DNA of 63,801 nt, counting the filler, from Olpidium bornovanus S191 (taxonomy: Eukaryota; Fungi; Olpidiomycota), in assembly GCA_017911155.1 (NCBI GenBank). It is 25 parts of 25 records of this genome, joined end to end, with 100 filler letters (N's around TTAATTAATTAA, not from the genome) between each part and the next. Parts side by side here need not be neighbours in the genome. Positions count along the whole stretch, not along the records: positions 48,235 to 51,487 come from JAEFCI010011717.1; positions 51,588 to 53,073 come from JAEFCI010008680.1; positions 53,174 to 54,790 come from JAEFCI010011548.1; positions 54,891 to 56,848 come from JAEFCI010000708.1; positions 56,949 to 60,784 come from JAEFCI010003905.1; 20 more parts are not named here. One strand, given 5' to 3'. Under the pieces are notes generated by a model that was not told the DNA's origin, did not search any database, and saw only the letters and a program-made list of their open reading frames with translations. Positions within the stretch are counted from its first letter, which is position 1, and each line of letters begins with the position of its first letter. Below are positions 49,453 to 60,399 of the stretch, piece after piece. The position numbers and the translations under genes are program-made.

Positions 49453-50620
49453 GACGTTTCGTTTATACATATTTCCGGTGCGGAGAATAAAATGGCAGAC
49501 ATGTTGAGCCGGGCACCGCTTATCCAATGGAGTTAGAGGAGGACGAGGATGAGGATGTCGTCAAGATATATATGCTTCAAGTCCATGATTCTGTTCGACA
49601 AGCGCTTCTGGAGATTTCTATAGTCTCTCCGAAACTGATCTGGGAACTTGGGCACTACGCTATCAAAATGGAGAATCACTTATTGGTATTCCGCGTTAGA
49701 TCAAACGGGCGCTCTGGCAGTTCTTTGTCTAAGGTGGATATCTTTGGAAGCGGCCGCGACTGGGGCGAGTGCTTTTACCTTGTTGCCTTATCGGGGAAAG
49801 TAAATCCAAAACCGAAATTATACGCGGGATACACGATGACTTGGCTGCCGGTCACCGAGGAGTCGAGCACAGATAGGTTCGTGCTTGTGAACTTTATTTG
49901 TGGAAGGGGATGTACAACACTGTTAAGAAATACGTCGAGACACGCGATGCTTGTCAGAAGTTTAGTAAGAAACGATATTATAGGGAACTACACCGGGACA
50001 TTCCTAAAGTGATCCACTACAAATGGTTTGGAGGCCTGATCACAATGCCACGAAGCAAGCACTTTCGTTATTTGGTTTTGGCCCGAGAAGGTTTCACCAA
50101 CTTTGTGGAAGGACGGGCACTTTCCTCGAATCAGACTGAATCGGTCTGCCGATTTCTTCTTGATGAAATTTTTGCGTGTTGCTGTTGCTGTGTCGAGATT
50201 TGAGCGGATAGGGAAGAACTAAATGCACAGGAAGCTACGACCTTTTTCCGTCAGTTTGGGATATGATTGCGTCTGATGATTGCATGTAACTTGGAAGCGA
50301 ACAGCAAAGCGGAGCGTGGGCATCAACCCATTATCGCGGCTCTGCAACGATTGGCCTGCGAACGAGGAGAGGACTGGGCAGCCTTGCTGCCCTCTGCTTT
50401 GTGGGCGGATCGTTCCACGACAGGCCGTATGACTGGCTACAGCACAGCTTATCTCATGCACGGAGATCACATGAACCTGCCGGTGGCTGATTCTATACTT
50501 GCATGGACTACACTTTCCTGAACTAACAACATGACGACCGAAGAACTTCTGGAGCTTCGAATATGACAGATCTCCCGACCTGACGAGGATCTCCAATTAG
50601 CCCGAATGTGTCTCCGAGAG
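49453..50620 (+). mobile_element. Ty3/gypsy pol remnant: RNase H end plus integrase, pseudogenised
   Basis: IHISGAENKMADMLSR; TVKKYVETRDACQKF; RYLVLAREGFTNFVEGRAL; EANSKAERGHQPII; DWAALLPSALWADRSTT. Multiple stops. Confidence 0.92.
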
Positions 50621-51369
50621 GGGGCTGTTATGTTGATTAATCGTGACGTGGCTGTACTGTTTTGCCGTCAGGATGGTAAAATATTCTTGCCATTTGTACC
50701 ATGGCATGTTACGACTAAACGATTCCCATAATTCCCTCTGTTCTGTTTCGTTGCACGAAAACAAAATAGCACAGGTAATCTGATGACGCACGATACGGGG
50801 ACAGCACTTAAACATCTGTTGGGCAAATATCAGAGAGCATTTGTAATGACGCAACGTGCAGCAAAACGTTGCGAATACGTCGGCGTGCGATTTTCGAAAG
50901 ATACCGAAAAAGCTGGATCATCATCAACGAAAATCAATATCTTATCACCTAAATCTTTGCCGTACGTCTTAATTATACATTCCTGCGTGTCGATAATGTC
51001 TTGTATGATTTTTGGGGTGTATCTCGTGTGGCAATCCTCTTCTTCTACCGGATGCGTTTTTTGCAGAACTTCTCTCTCGGGTGGGTCATCGAGTATATTC
51101 AACTCTTCGTGGATGGTATCGTGGAGAGGTGGGTTTGATATGCAGAGGTCTTTACAGTTTACGATATTTTCCATTTTCGTATCGAGATCGATAATAGCGC
51201 TGATTACAATGACATGACGGTACCTCCCCTTCAATTTGTTAATAATCAAATCTCGACAAACTGTCGATTTTCCAGTACATATGGAACCATTCACACAACA
51301 TACAAATTCGTCAGCAAGCACTAGATGGTCTCTTTTTGCTGCTTGATTATCAGCTGCTTTAATGGGCAT
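50597..51369 (-). pseudogene. A32-like virion DNA-packaging ATPase (Polinton/virophage/PLV or NCLDV type), one frameshift near 50855
   Basis: Walker A FVCCVNGSICTGKST, YRHVIVIS strand, Walker B KILIFVDD, and after a 1-nt deletion the Arg-finger segment AR-LRHYKCSLIFAQQ...PRIVR, then YSHVTIN. Intronless, about 38% GC in a sampled 60-bp line. Confidence 0.85.
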
Positions 51370-51379
51370 GTTCCTTTAC

Positions 51380-51487
51380 TTAATCATCACAACAAAGTGA
51401 TAAGCCTGAAGATGAACTTGGAGTCTTTGCGGATTTCGGTTTAGGCAACGATTCATCATCTTCTTCGACTAAATCGCTTTTAAACAA
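51380..51487 (-). CDS. 3' end of an unknown ORF, 10 bp upstream of the ATPase ATG
   Basis: 36 open codons from the contig edge (LFKSDLVEEDDESLPKPKSAKTPSSSSGLSLCCDD*), similarly AT-rich. Confidence 0.4.
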   Translation of the reverse strand: MFKSDLVEEDDESLPKPKSAKTPSSSSGLSLCCDD

Positions 51488-53175
51488 NNNNNNNNNNNNN
51501 NNNNNNNNNNNNNNNNNNNNNNNNNNNNNNNTTAATTAATTAANNNNNNNNNNNNNNNNNNNNNNNNNNNNNNNNNNNNNNNNNNNNCATGAGAGCGTCG
51601 TTAGTGTTTACAACAGAAAAGAAAAGCCGGGAAGGCTGCCATTATTTTCTTGTCGAGGACGGAGAATTGCTGCGCCGCAGTACTGGAGGAAACCGAAAAA
51701 CCAAAATGGCCATTTACGGCGCGCTTGGAAGAAAATGCTCTTTGGAAAGGATATTTCCTGCGACGCCGGAAGAAGCGACGTAGTTGATTAGCAGCACCAG
51801 CAGCAGGGTCAAAAGCGAGTCCCTGACCATTCGCTGGGAACGTTGGACGCCCTCTTTCAGGCGCTGGGAAAACGCGAAAAAGGAATTGTTGAAGGGAAGC
51901 GGGGGGTGAAATTTGGCGTTAGAACGGCAACAACACTCCCCAACTTTTCTTCCGTCCTTTTTTCGGCATTCGTTGCGCCCGTCAGCTAAATTGGCGGACC
52001 GTCCGCGCCACACACTCCGACAACATTACCAGCTCGGCCGGTTTACTCTCCGCAGCCGGTTCTCGCTCAGCTGCCGCCGGCGGTTTCCCGACCCCATATC
52101 GCGCCGCCAGGAGAAGTTCCCAAAAGAGCTTTTCGTTGATGGCGAAAACAAGGTGTCAGCTTCGACAAATCTCAACGTTCGGGAGAGTTGAAGAAAAACA
52201 CGGTGTAACGGGCCGCGCTCACCCAAACGACCCACAAAGCCTTATATTTTGGGGGAGGAGGCGGCGGAAAGCAAAACGTCGTTAGTTCCTGCGCCGTACA
52301 GTGCCGAGAAACGGCAGCTCCTGCCCGAACTCCTTTTCCCTCCGCCATTGCAGTTTTGTTTTTTTTTATACTAACGATGAACTGAGCCTTGAACGACATT
52401 CTGGAGGGAAAATTTTACCCGCCGGCAAGGTTTTTCGTCGTTTCTGAAGAAACAGGTGAGTTTTCGTTAAGCGCTTTCCCTTTCCTGTGACGAACCGGAA
52501 GAAACACAGGCCCCGCCACCGACGAAGGAACGGCGTTGCCGGGGCAGACAAGGACACAGCGGCGATGAGCGGTACTCCAGGCGCTGGCTTCCCCCCTCCC
52601 CCCTCTCGCCTCGGGACACAGTTTGGCCTGCAAAGTTTAAAAGCCAGCAAAAGCCAATACGGCAATTCCGCTGCCCTCGCCGCACGCCGAAGAGGCGCAA
52701 TCCAGACTCTCCCGATAATCCCCTTTTTCATTTTGACTCGGTCTCACACCTGCGGGAAATGAGGCGCGGGATAGGAGGAGGGGGGAGGAGGGGGAGGGGG
52801 GGAGGGGGGGAAGTGCTGCGTGATGCCGCAAAGCTTGCAGAATTGGAAGCCCGAGGTGTGCGGGGAAGGCCCGCGAAGCCAACGTAGACTTCGTGTGGCG
52901 AGCGGGGAGGTGGAGGGAGAGTGTAATCGCGTGCGCGGGCTGGTTTGCGTGAAATGTCGCGAGGGGGGAAGGGCATTACGGGGAGGGAGGGAGAAAGGGG
53001 AGCCGATTAGAGTTCCAAAATAAGCAATAACCTGGCGGTTGTCGATATATCCCCTCCCCCTTCACTTCCCATGNNNNNNNNNNNNNNNNNNNNNNNNNNN
53101 NNNNNNNNNNNNNNNNNTTAATTAATTAANNNNNNNNNNNNNNNNNNNNNNNNNNNNNNNNNNNNNNNNNNNNAA

Positions 53176-53208
<33 letters not shown>

Positions 53209-53218
53209 TTTTCCCCCC

Positions 53219-53255
<37 letters not shown>

Positions 53256-53624
53256 AAAAGAGGATGCCCCACTTCCCCTCCCACTCCCTCCCTCCCCATT
53301 TCCCACCCAGGGGGGCCCCCCAAAAAAAACCGGAAGTGGGAAGTTCACAAACTTGGGGTGTTCGAAACGGAAGATGCAGAAGCCGCAGCTTTGGGAGGAA
53401 ATGAAGGGTTTGGGGGGGAGGGGGCGGGTGGGGGGGGGAGCGGGGAAGCGCGTAGAAACAGCCCGAGTGAAATAATGAAACAGCTGGCGCGGCGGGCGCG
53501 ATTGGCAGGAAGGGAAACCGGAACCACGCACACACGCGCACGCACCGGGCACACGCGCGCGCGCCCACGCGAAAACGCACACGCTCACACACGAAAAGGA
53601 AAAAAAAAAAAAAAAAAAAAAGGG

Positions 53625-53664
<40 letters not shown>

Positions 53665-53758
53665 TTGTTTTGGGGCAGACGCGCGCGCGTGCGCAACGAC
53701 ATCGTAACGCGTTCTTCTTCGTGTTTGCATTTTTTTTTTTTTCGCCGACGGGGCTCTC

Positions 53759-54790
53759 TCATGATCCGACGCCGTGCCGCGGGACACCCGCGTCCCGGCC
53801 GCCCTCGCCGGCGGCGGCGGCGGCGGCGGCGGCGCCCGCTTCCGTGAGCCTCTTCATCAAAATGTCCAGCTCGGCGATCTTGAGGTCGCCCGAACCGGCC
53901 GGCGGTGCTCTCCGGGGGTCCCGATCGCCGCCGCCGCCGCCGACGACGGCGGCGGCCGCCGAGGGTGCCGCGCCGGCGAGCAGGACCGGCGCGTCCGGTT
54001 TTGCCGAAAACGCCGGGCGCGCAGGAGCGCCCGCGCCCGCGGCGGCGGCGGCGAGAATGGAACTCAGCTTCATCGGGTCCAGCAGGCTAGCGATGCTTTC
54101 GGACGGCGCTTGGCCGCCGGACCGACCGGGCGCGCACGACGGAGGGAACGGGAGGGTCGGCATCGCGGCCGCGAGCGGCGGGGCTGGCGCCGGTTGGGCC
54201 AGTTGGGGCGGCTGCTGCGGGCGCGGCGGCGGGCCCGAATGCAGCGGGATGGACGCCAGCCTTGCCTGCGGCTCGGGCAAAACGGACGCGTCCCCGTTGC
54301 TCCCGGGCTGATAAGGGGACTGCCCGAGTGGTGCCCCTATCGAGCTCTGCGGCAAACGCACGGTGGGCGGGGCATGGAGCTTGGCGAGCAGATCGTTTAG
54401 GTGCTGGAATCCCTCGGGCGGCGGGGCCGCCAGTGAAAGCTCAACGGATCCTCCGCTGGGCTGCCGCAGCCACTGCTGTTGCCCTCGGATACCCGACGAC
54501 GACGGCGCCGCCGCCGCAGTTAGAGCGGACATGCCTGCGTGTTCTGCAGTCGGAATCATGGGACCTGGGGCGGCGACGGCGTACGCAGGCTCGGCCGGTG
54601 GCGGGCCAGATGCAGAAGAACACAGCGGGGGCTCTCCGTGGGAGGATATCTGCCTCTGCAGGACAGACAGCATGCTGGAGACGGACGGCGTGATGATGCC
54701 GCTCACGGCCGACTCCTGGGACAGCGGGAAAGACCTGTTCGCCGGGAAGGTCGACGTCGGCGCGGAATCCTCCCGAACCTGGTTGAATGG
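53759..54790 (-). CDS. Pro/Ala/Ser-rich hypothetical protein, C-terminal exon
   Basis: Frame open from the contig edge to the stop at 53759 (over 340 codons). Low complexity, no domain recognised. Confidence 0.6.
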   Translation of the reverse strand, partial: PFNQVREDSAPTSTFPANRSFPLSQESAVSGIITPSVSSMLSVLQRQISSHGEPPLCSSASGPPPAEPAYAVAAPGPMIPTAEHAGMSALTAAAAPSSSGIRGQQQWLRQPSGGSVELSLAAPPPEGFQHLNDLLAKLHAPPTVRLPQSSIGAPLGQSPYQPGSNGDASVLPEPQARLASIPLHSGPPPRPQQPPQLAQPAPAPPLAAAMPTLPFPPSCAPGRSGGQAPSESIASLLDPMKLSSILAAAAAGAGAPARPAFSAKPDAPVLLAGAAPSAAAAVVGGGGGDRDPRRAPPAGSGDLKIAELDILMKRLTEAGAAAAAAAAGEGGRDAGVPRHGVGS

Positions 54791-54890
54791 NNNNNNNNNN
54801 NNNNNNNNNNNNNNNNNNNNNNNNNNNNNNNNNNTTAATTAATTAANNNNNNNNNNNNNNNNNNNNNNNNNNNNNNNNNNNNNNNNNNNN

Positions 54891-56848
54891 AGAAATCCAG
54901 AACAACGGCGGCGTACAGAAGAAGCGTTCCGTAACACGTTATCAGCACCAAACGCAGTACCATTGCCGGCGACTGCACCCTCTCCCCAGTCCGCCGAGCG
55001 CGCCGACTTCCCCCGAGCGTGCAGCCCCCCCGGCGGACCGTCGCGTGGCCTCCACCGTGCGCCCCACCGACGCCGCCGTCGCCGAGCACCGCGCGTCACC
55101 TTCGCCGCCGCGCTTCCGCGGCCACCGCGCTTTCGCCGCGGCACCGCCTTTTGCCAAGTTCGCCTTCCGCCGAGCGCAGCGCGCCTCGGCCGCGCCGTCA
55201 CCACTGCGCGTGCACCGACGCTCCCGCCGCCACTCATTTCTCCGCCGAGCTAGCGCTCAACCGCCTCCGCCGCACCTCGCCGCCGCTCCCTCGCGACCGC
55301 CGCCACCGCGCGGCTCGCCCGCCGCCGCCGCAGCCGCGCCGCACCTCGACCACCGCCACGGCCACCAGAGAGACGGTTTCTGCCTGCCGCTCTGCCCGCT
55401 CGCCCTCGCTCCCATGTCCGCTCTGGTTCATCGTGAACGGCGACGAGTTTTTCCCGGCGGCGGGCGCCGCTGCTTTACGAGAATGGGCTCGCTCCGACTG
55501 CGAGGCCTACGGGGAGATGTATCTCCGTGTCTCAGACCTTTACAAACGCGTTCTGGACGACTATGACACCGCTCACAAGGGTTGGGAAGCTCTTAAAGGT
55601 CACTTTGAGGACGTGGGATCCAGTGCCCGCCTCGATCTGAAGGCAGCGCTTTACGCATCAAAGATGGACACATCAGAGGCATTCGACCATTTCCTCTTGC
55701 GAACGAAAGAGCAAGTCTTTAGGCTGCAAAATCAGGGCGAAAACAATATCAGAGATTGGGAGAAGGAGACACGAGATGTGCTTCGAATGGGAAGCCTCTT
55801 ACTGTTCCATGCAACAATCGATGCCTTAGAAAGTCGAACCCATCGGGACCCCAACACAAAAGCTTGGTCTCCCCCCTCACTCGGCGAGACTGTGGCTGTA
55901 TTCTGGGAGGCGAACGCCCCCCGGGGTCGAGCAGAGACGGCGAACAACGGGGGGACACTCTACTCGAGCGCAAAACCAAGAACGAGGCAGGGAGGCGACA
56001 ACGCGCCGTCCACATGCAATCCGGGTATCAAGTGCTACATTTGTGGCAAGCTGGGGCACATCTCCTGCGAATGGCGCTCCTGTCATGAGAAGAAGTCTGA
56101 CAAGCAGGGAGCCACCAAAGGGAGTGACAAGGGGGGCGACATAAAGGACAATCAAGTTCACGTCGCCGCCGCCAGCGACGGCCGGGAGAACGAGGGACTG
56201 GCATTGCTGGGCACAACAGCCGCCAACGGGGAAGCCGGGAAACGGCTCCTAGGCAGCGGCACATCCTTCCACGTAGCGGTTCGCCCGGACAACCCGGAAG
56301 GGACGACCGCCGCCAGAAAGACCCTGCGAGTCGGAAACAATGAGGTTCTTACATAGACCGTCAAGGGACGGATTCGGCTGAACCCGTTCACCCATCTTAT
56401 AACGGCAAGGAGATCGCCACTGAGATGCCCCTCACCATAAAGAGGCAAAGAGTTCAGCGGGCATGCACTAGTCATCGAGCAAGCGCTTTCCCACGCCAGG
56501 CAAGGACACTCTGGCGCCAGATCTGAAGACTGCGAGGTCTGCGCGAGAACCAAGGTGATCAGTGTGGCTGCCCCAAGGAGAAGGGCTAGCGACAGCGCAT
56601 GCCACGCACAGAGCCGATTAGACAAAGTCCACACCGACGTTATGATGTTGCCGGACGCATTGATTGGCGGAGCAAGGTATGCCATCGTGTTCCTTGATGA
56701 AGCAACACGGGGCGCACAGGTTTACGCCATGAAACACAAAAGCGAGAGTCTCCAAAAGTACCTCGAGTACTGCGACACAACCAAGCTCACGACCGAAGGA
56801 CGCGTGAAGATCCTGTTTGCGAAGGGGGAGGCGAGTACTGCACAACTG
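54891..56848 (+). mobile_element. Ty1/copia element 5' part: LTR end, PBS, gag, zinc knuckle, degenerate protease, integrase start
   Basis: LTR end ...CGTAACA at 54936; UBN2-like gag (AHKGWEALKGHFE...RLDLKAALYASKM); CYICGKLGHISCEW; LLGSGTSFHV (catalytic D to G); CEVCARTK; LDKVHTDV...RYAIVFLDEATR. Confidence 0.9.
54937..54950 (+). promoter_or_regulatory. Primer-binding site complementary to the tRNA-Ile anticodon arm (half-tRNA priming)
   Basis: CGTTATCAGCACCA directly after TAACA. Its reverse complement TGGTGCTGATAACG matches eukaryotic tRNA-Ile(AAU) TGGTGCTAATAACG except at position 34. Confidence 0.7.
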
Positions 56849-57142
56849 NNNNNNNNNNNNNNNNNNNNNNNNNNNNNNNNNNNNNNNNNNNNTTAATTAA
56901 TTAANNNNNNNNNNNNNNNNNNNNNNNNNNNNNNNNNNNNNNNNNNNNCATGCCGGAGTGTATCCCGTCAGTGAGGCGCGGGTGATGACGGGGACATTCG
57001 AGGATGACGAGCTTGACGAGGACTAGAGAACGCAAGGATAAACAAGAAACCGCCTGGAGACAAGTCTCCAGAGGTAAAGTAGATGCAATTTGTGCACTTC
57101 TAGATGACCGTGGAGCCGGGTGGAGCGCTAGGTGAGGCGGGG

Positions 57143-57405
57143 TGTAGAAACTAAAGGGAGCTTCTGGCAGGGCAACGCTACGGACACTATGCGCACCAAC
57201 TCCCTTTTCCCTGGCCGTGGAATCCCTATCCAGCAGCCATATAAAAGTAGCCTGGCGTAGATAGCTTATATACAAACAAAAAAAGTTTCTCCATATGGCC
57301 TCTCTGTTGTGTTTCTCCGTCCTTGAGGGCGGCGTATTCGGAAAGAAATTACGCGTTACAGAAATACTTAAATTCAGGGGTTCGGATCAAGGGCGTCTTC
57401 TAACA
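57143..57405 (+). mobile_element. Probable 3' LTR (~263 bp) preceded by a polypurine tract
   Basis: AGGTGAGGCGGGG|TGTAGAA...TATAAAA...TTCTAACA; TG...CA ends with a near-perfect terminal inverted repeat. Confidence 0.6.
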
Positions 57406-58699
57406 TTTCCCTCCTTTCCGTGACAATGTCCGGTGGTGCCCCCCCCCCCAACAGGCATGCCACAGGGGAGCGCGTGCCCATGCCCAGATGCCCCACCCCC
57501 CCCTCCCCCCCTCACAGGCCTAGACGAGTCTGGCGGGCCATTAGGGTGCTACCCGTTATTGAACTGGCGCGCCAAAGAACTGCGCCGAATGCGATTAATG
57601 AAGCTCATTCTTCTACCAGCTGATCCCACCCCATACATATCAGCGCCAAGCAAGCAGCCGTCGACTCTTTCGAAAGCCACTCCACATCTGCGACAAAACC
57701 GCTGCCTGACGGGGATTCATTGAACACGCCGGCAAACTGCCATACCATAGCCCAATCGCGTTCCTATAGCCCAACCACGCTCCCTAACATGTCAGCGCCG
57801 TCAGCTCACTTCGCGTGCTACCCCGTATCTGCCACCGCCGATCCCCCAGGTGCGCGGCAGCGCCGGCGCATTTGTCATTTGTCATAACAAGGAGTCCGTC
57901 TGAGAGGAAAGCCGGTCGTAACTGCTGCAAATTTCTTTTATACGCGTGGCAAGAGTCGTTGCTCGAGTTGCAGTCCGTCAGAGAGGAAAGCCGGTCGAAA
58001 TTTTGGAAATATCTAACTGCTGTAATGACAAGTTTTGCTAAGGGGGTTCCAGTGGCAGTAGCCGTGTGTGCGGTAGCAATTCCACTTGACCACGGGGGCG
58101 GCGCGGCGGCACAGGGCGGGGGTGGGTGCCAGCAGCTTTTTGCCTCACCTGGACAAGCCCCCGCCCCCCACCACCACCACACGCAGCCCCCCGGCCCAGT
58201 GCAGCGGCAGCGCGCAGGGGGCGGGGCGGGGCGGGGCGGGGGAGGGAGAGGGTGAGGTGAGCGGAAGCCACGGGCGGGGGGAGGGAGAGCGGGGGGTTTC
58301 AGCGGGAGGAGCGGCTTGGGGGGGCCGGGGCAGCACGCTTAGCGCACCGGCTTTGGCGAAAGAAGTAGAGGGCGGGCGCCCACTCTACGACTTGCTACTC
58401 TGGGGGAACACGCCACGGGCGAACCCGGCCGAGGCGTGGCGAAAAAAAGGTTCCGAAACGGGAGCCCGGGGCGGCGGCAGGCGCTTTCCCCCGAAAGACG
58501 CCCCTCGGCCGCCGCCTGGACGACGAGACACGCTGCGGACTTGGGGCGGGCGGCGGCGGAGGCGGTCGCGAGGGAACACACGGGCGGCGGCGGCGGAGGC
58601 GGTCGCGAGGGAACACACGGGCGGCGGCGGCTCGCTCGGTTCCGGCGCCGCAGCAGCAGCCTCGGGGACGGGCACGTCTGGGGCCGAGCGGTTTCTCGG

Positions 58700-59270
58700 G
58701 CGGCGGACGACGCCGAACGGCGAGGCGGCGTGCGCGGCGCTCAAAGCCTCTGGCCGACCGTCGGTGCCGCCGACTCGCGCACGGGGGTCCCTCACGGAGG
58801 CGGCGCCCGCCCTCGGCTCCTTCGCCGGCGGTGGGGACGGGGGTCTCTGCTCCGCCCGCTGCTGGCGCCGCTGCTTGACGAGGACGCCCGCTGTGGCGCG
58901 TAGTTCCGCAGGGTGCGGGCGGCCAAGGCGCTCCGCGAGCGCGTGTGGAAGATGCTCCAGCACGAGCGCAGTGACGAGCGCGCTGCGAGGGTGAGTACGC
59001 GCGGCTCCGCGAATCGCTCCGCGTCCGCGCCCACCCTCCGCCGGCCGCGCCGGCCGGGGGCGGCTGGGCCGGGTAGTGACACCATCGCGACGGTGGTGGA
59101 ATTCGACCGTTGCGGCCGCCCGACGACGGGGCGGGCGCGCGCCGCCTCCCGCGAGTGCCTCGCGCGGGGGCCCCTGCTGCGGCAGATGGCGGCGCGCTGG
59201 ACGCAAGGCGCGCAGCCGGCAGTGGCGGCGGTGGGGGGGGGGGGGGGGGGGGGGGGGGGAAGCAAGGTCG
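58700..59270 (-). repeat. GC-rich dispersed repeat, second copy (see 48893-49430)
   Basis: The reverse complement aligns by eye with 48893-49430, with substitutions and short indels. Confidence 0.92.
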
Positions 59271-59283
59271 GAAGTGCAGTAAG

Positions 59284-59980
59284 TCACAAAAACCGCGGGC
59301 GGCGGAATTCGCTCGCTTTCCCGACGTCGAGATCAATCGTCTCGTCGTTATCCTCTGCGATTATGCGCATGACGCTGGCGGTAGGAGGGTCTTTATTGGT
59401 AGCGGCATCATGCGCTTGCGGGTGAGGACTCGCAGGTGGATTCTGGTTTGTAATCGGTGACGTTTGATTTCGGGCCCGAAAGTCCTGGAGAGTTGGGCAG
59501 TCACGATGGTAGTGACGTAGATTCCCGGGACAGTACGCACAAGGCGGGATCTGGCCATTGGCACCGCTAGAGCCGCTGGTACGATCCCCGCCGCGCTTGT
59601 TGGTTACCACCAGTGCCGCCACCGCGCGAGCATCGGGTCCTGCGCCTCTTGGTCTTCCCGTCGTCGTTGTCGGCGACGTTGGCGCTGGCCGGTGGGCGTG
59701 AGTTCTTGTTTTTTATGTCAACGGCGCCGAGATCATCTCCGAAACGCAGAGCAGCTGCCTGGAGATACTCCATGGATGACAAATGATTGATATTACTGAG
59801 AATGACGACGTGGACTTGTTTCTCAAGGCCGTTGAGGTAGGCGTGCAGGAGAAGTTCTTGCCAGACGAAGCTTTCGAGCTGGATCGCAAGGCGGTCGAAA
59901 GCCGTATTGTAAGAGTGGACGAACCTCCCTTTCTGTACGCATTCGAGTAAGTGCGAGTAGGTCTTACGAGGCACGCACAC
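59284..59980 (-). mobile_element. Ty3/gypsy gag remnant with CCHC knuckle
   Basis: LLECVQKGRFVHSYNTAFDRLA...LLHAYLNGLEKQV (retrotransposon gag pattern), then after a frameshift CAYCPGNLRHYHRDC. Confidence 0.8.
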
Positions 59981-60399
59981 ACAACCAGAATAAAACGCAA
60001 ACTAAAACCAACATCAGCAAGGCATGTAAAGTCAGACTTTATTGAATAACTGGTATACGGAGCCTAGCCATACGTCCATTCTTAAGGCGACCGACCGGCA
60101 ACCCTCGCAAGCTCGCCAGCCCGCATTCGGCGTCGGAGCCGGTTGGTCGCTGCTTGATACGGGTCATGCCGTGCGAACCCGACGTCACCCAGGCTGCGAA
60201 TTGCAAAGACGCGCGTTACTGCAGGCGGCACCGATTTCTCGGTAGGCACCACTTCCTTCGATCACGTCCTTTCGGACTGCATGTGCAGAGGCAAATTCTG
60301 CAGCGGCCGGGTCCCTCATGCCAGCTGCCGCTGTCACAAATCTTCCGTCTTGCCTTTCACTGCTCCTTACGTTGTCCTCGCGCCGGTTTTTGACGTCGC

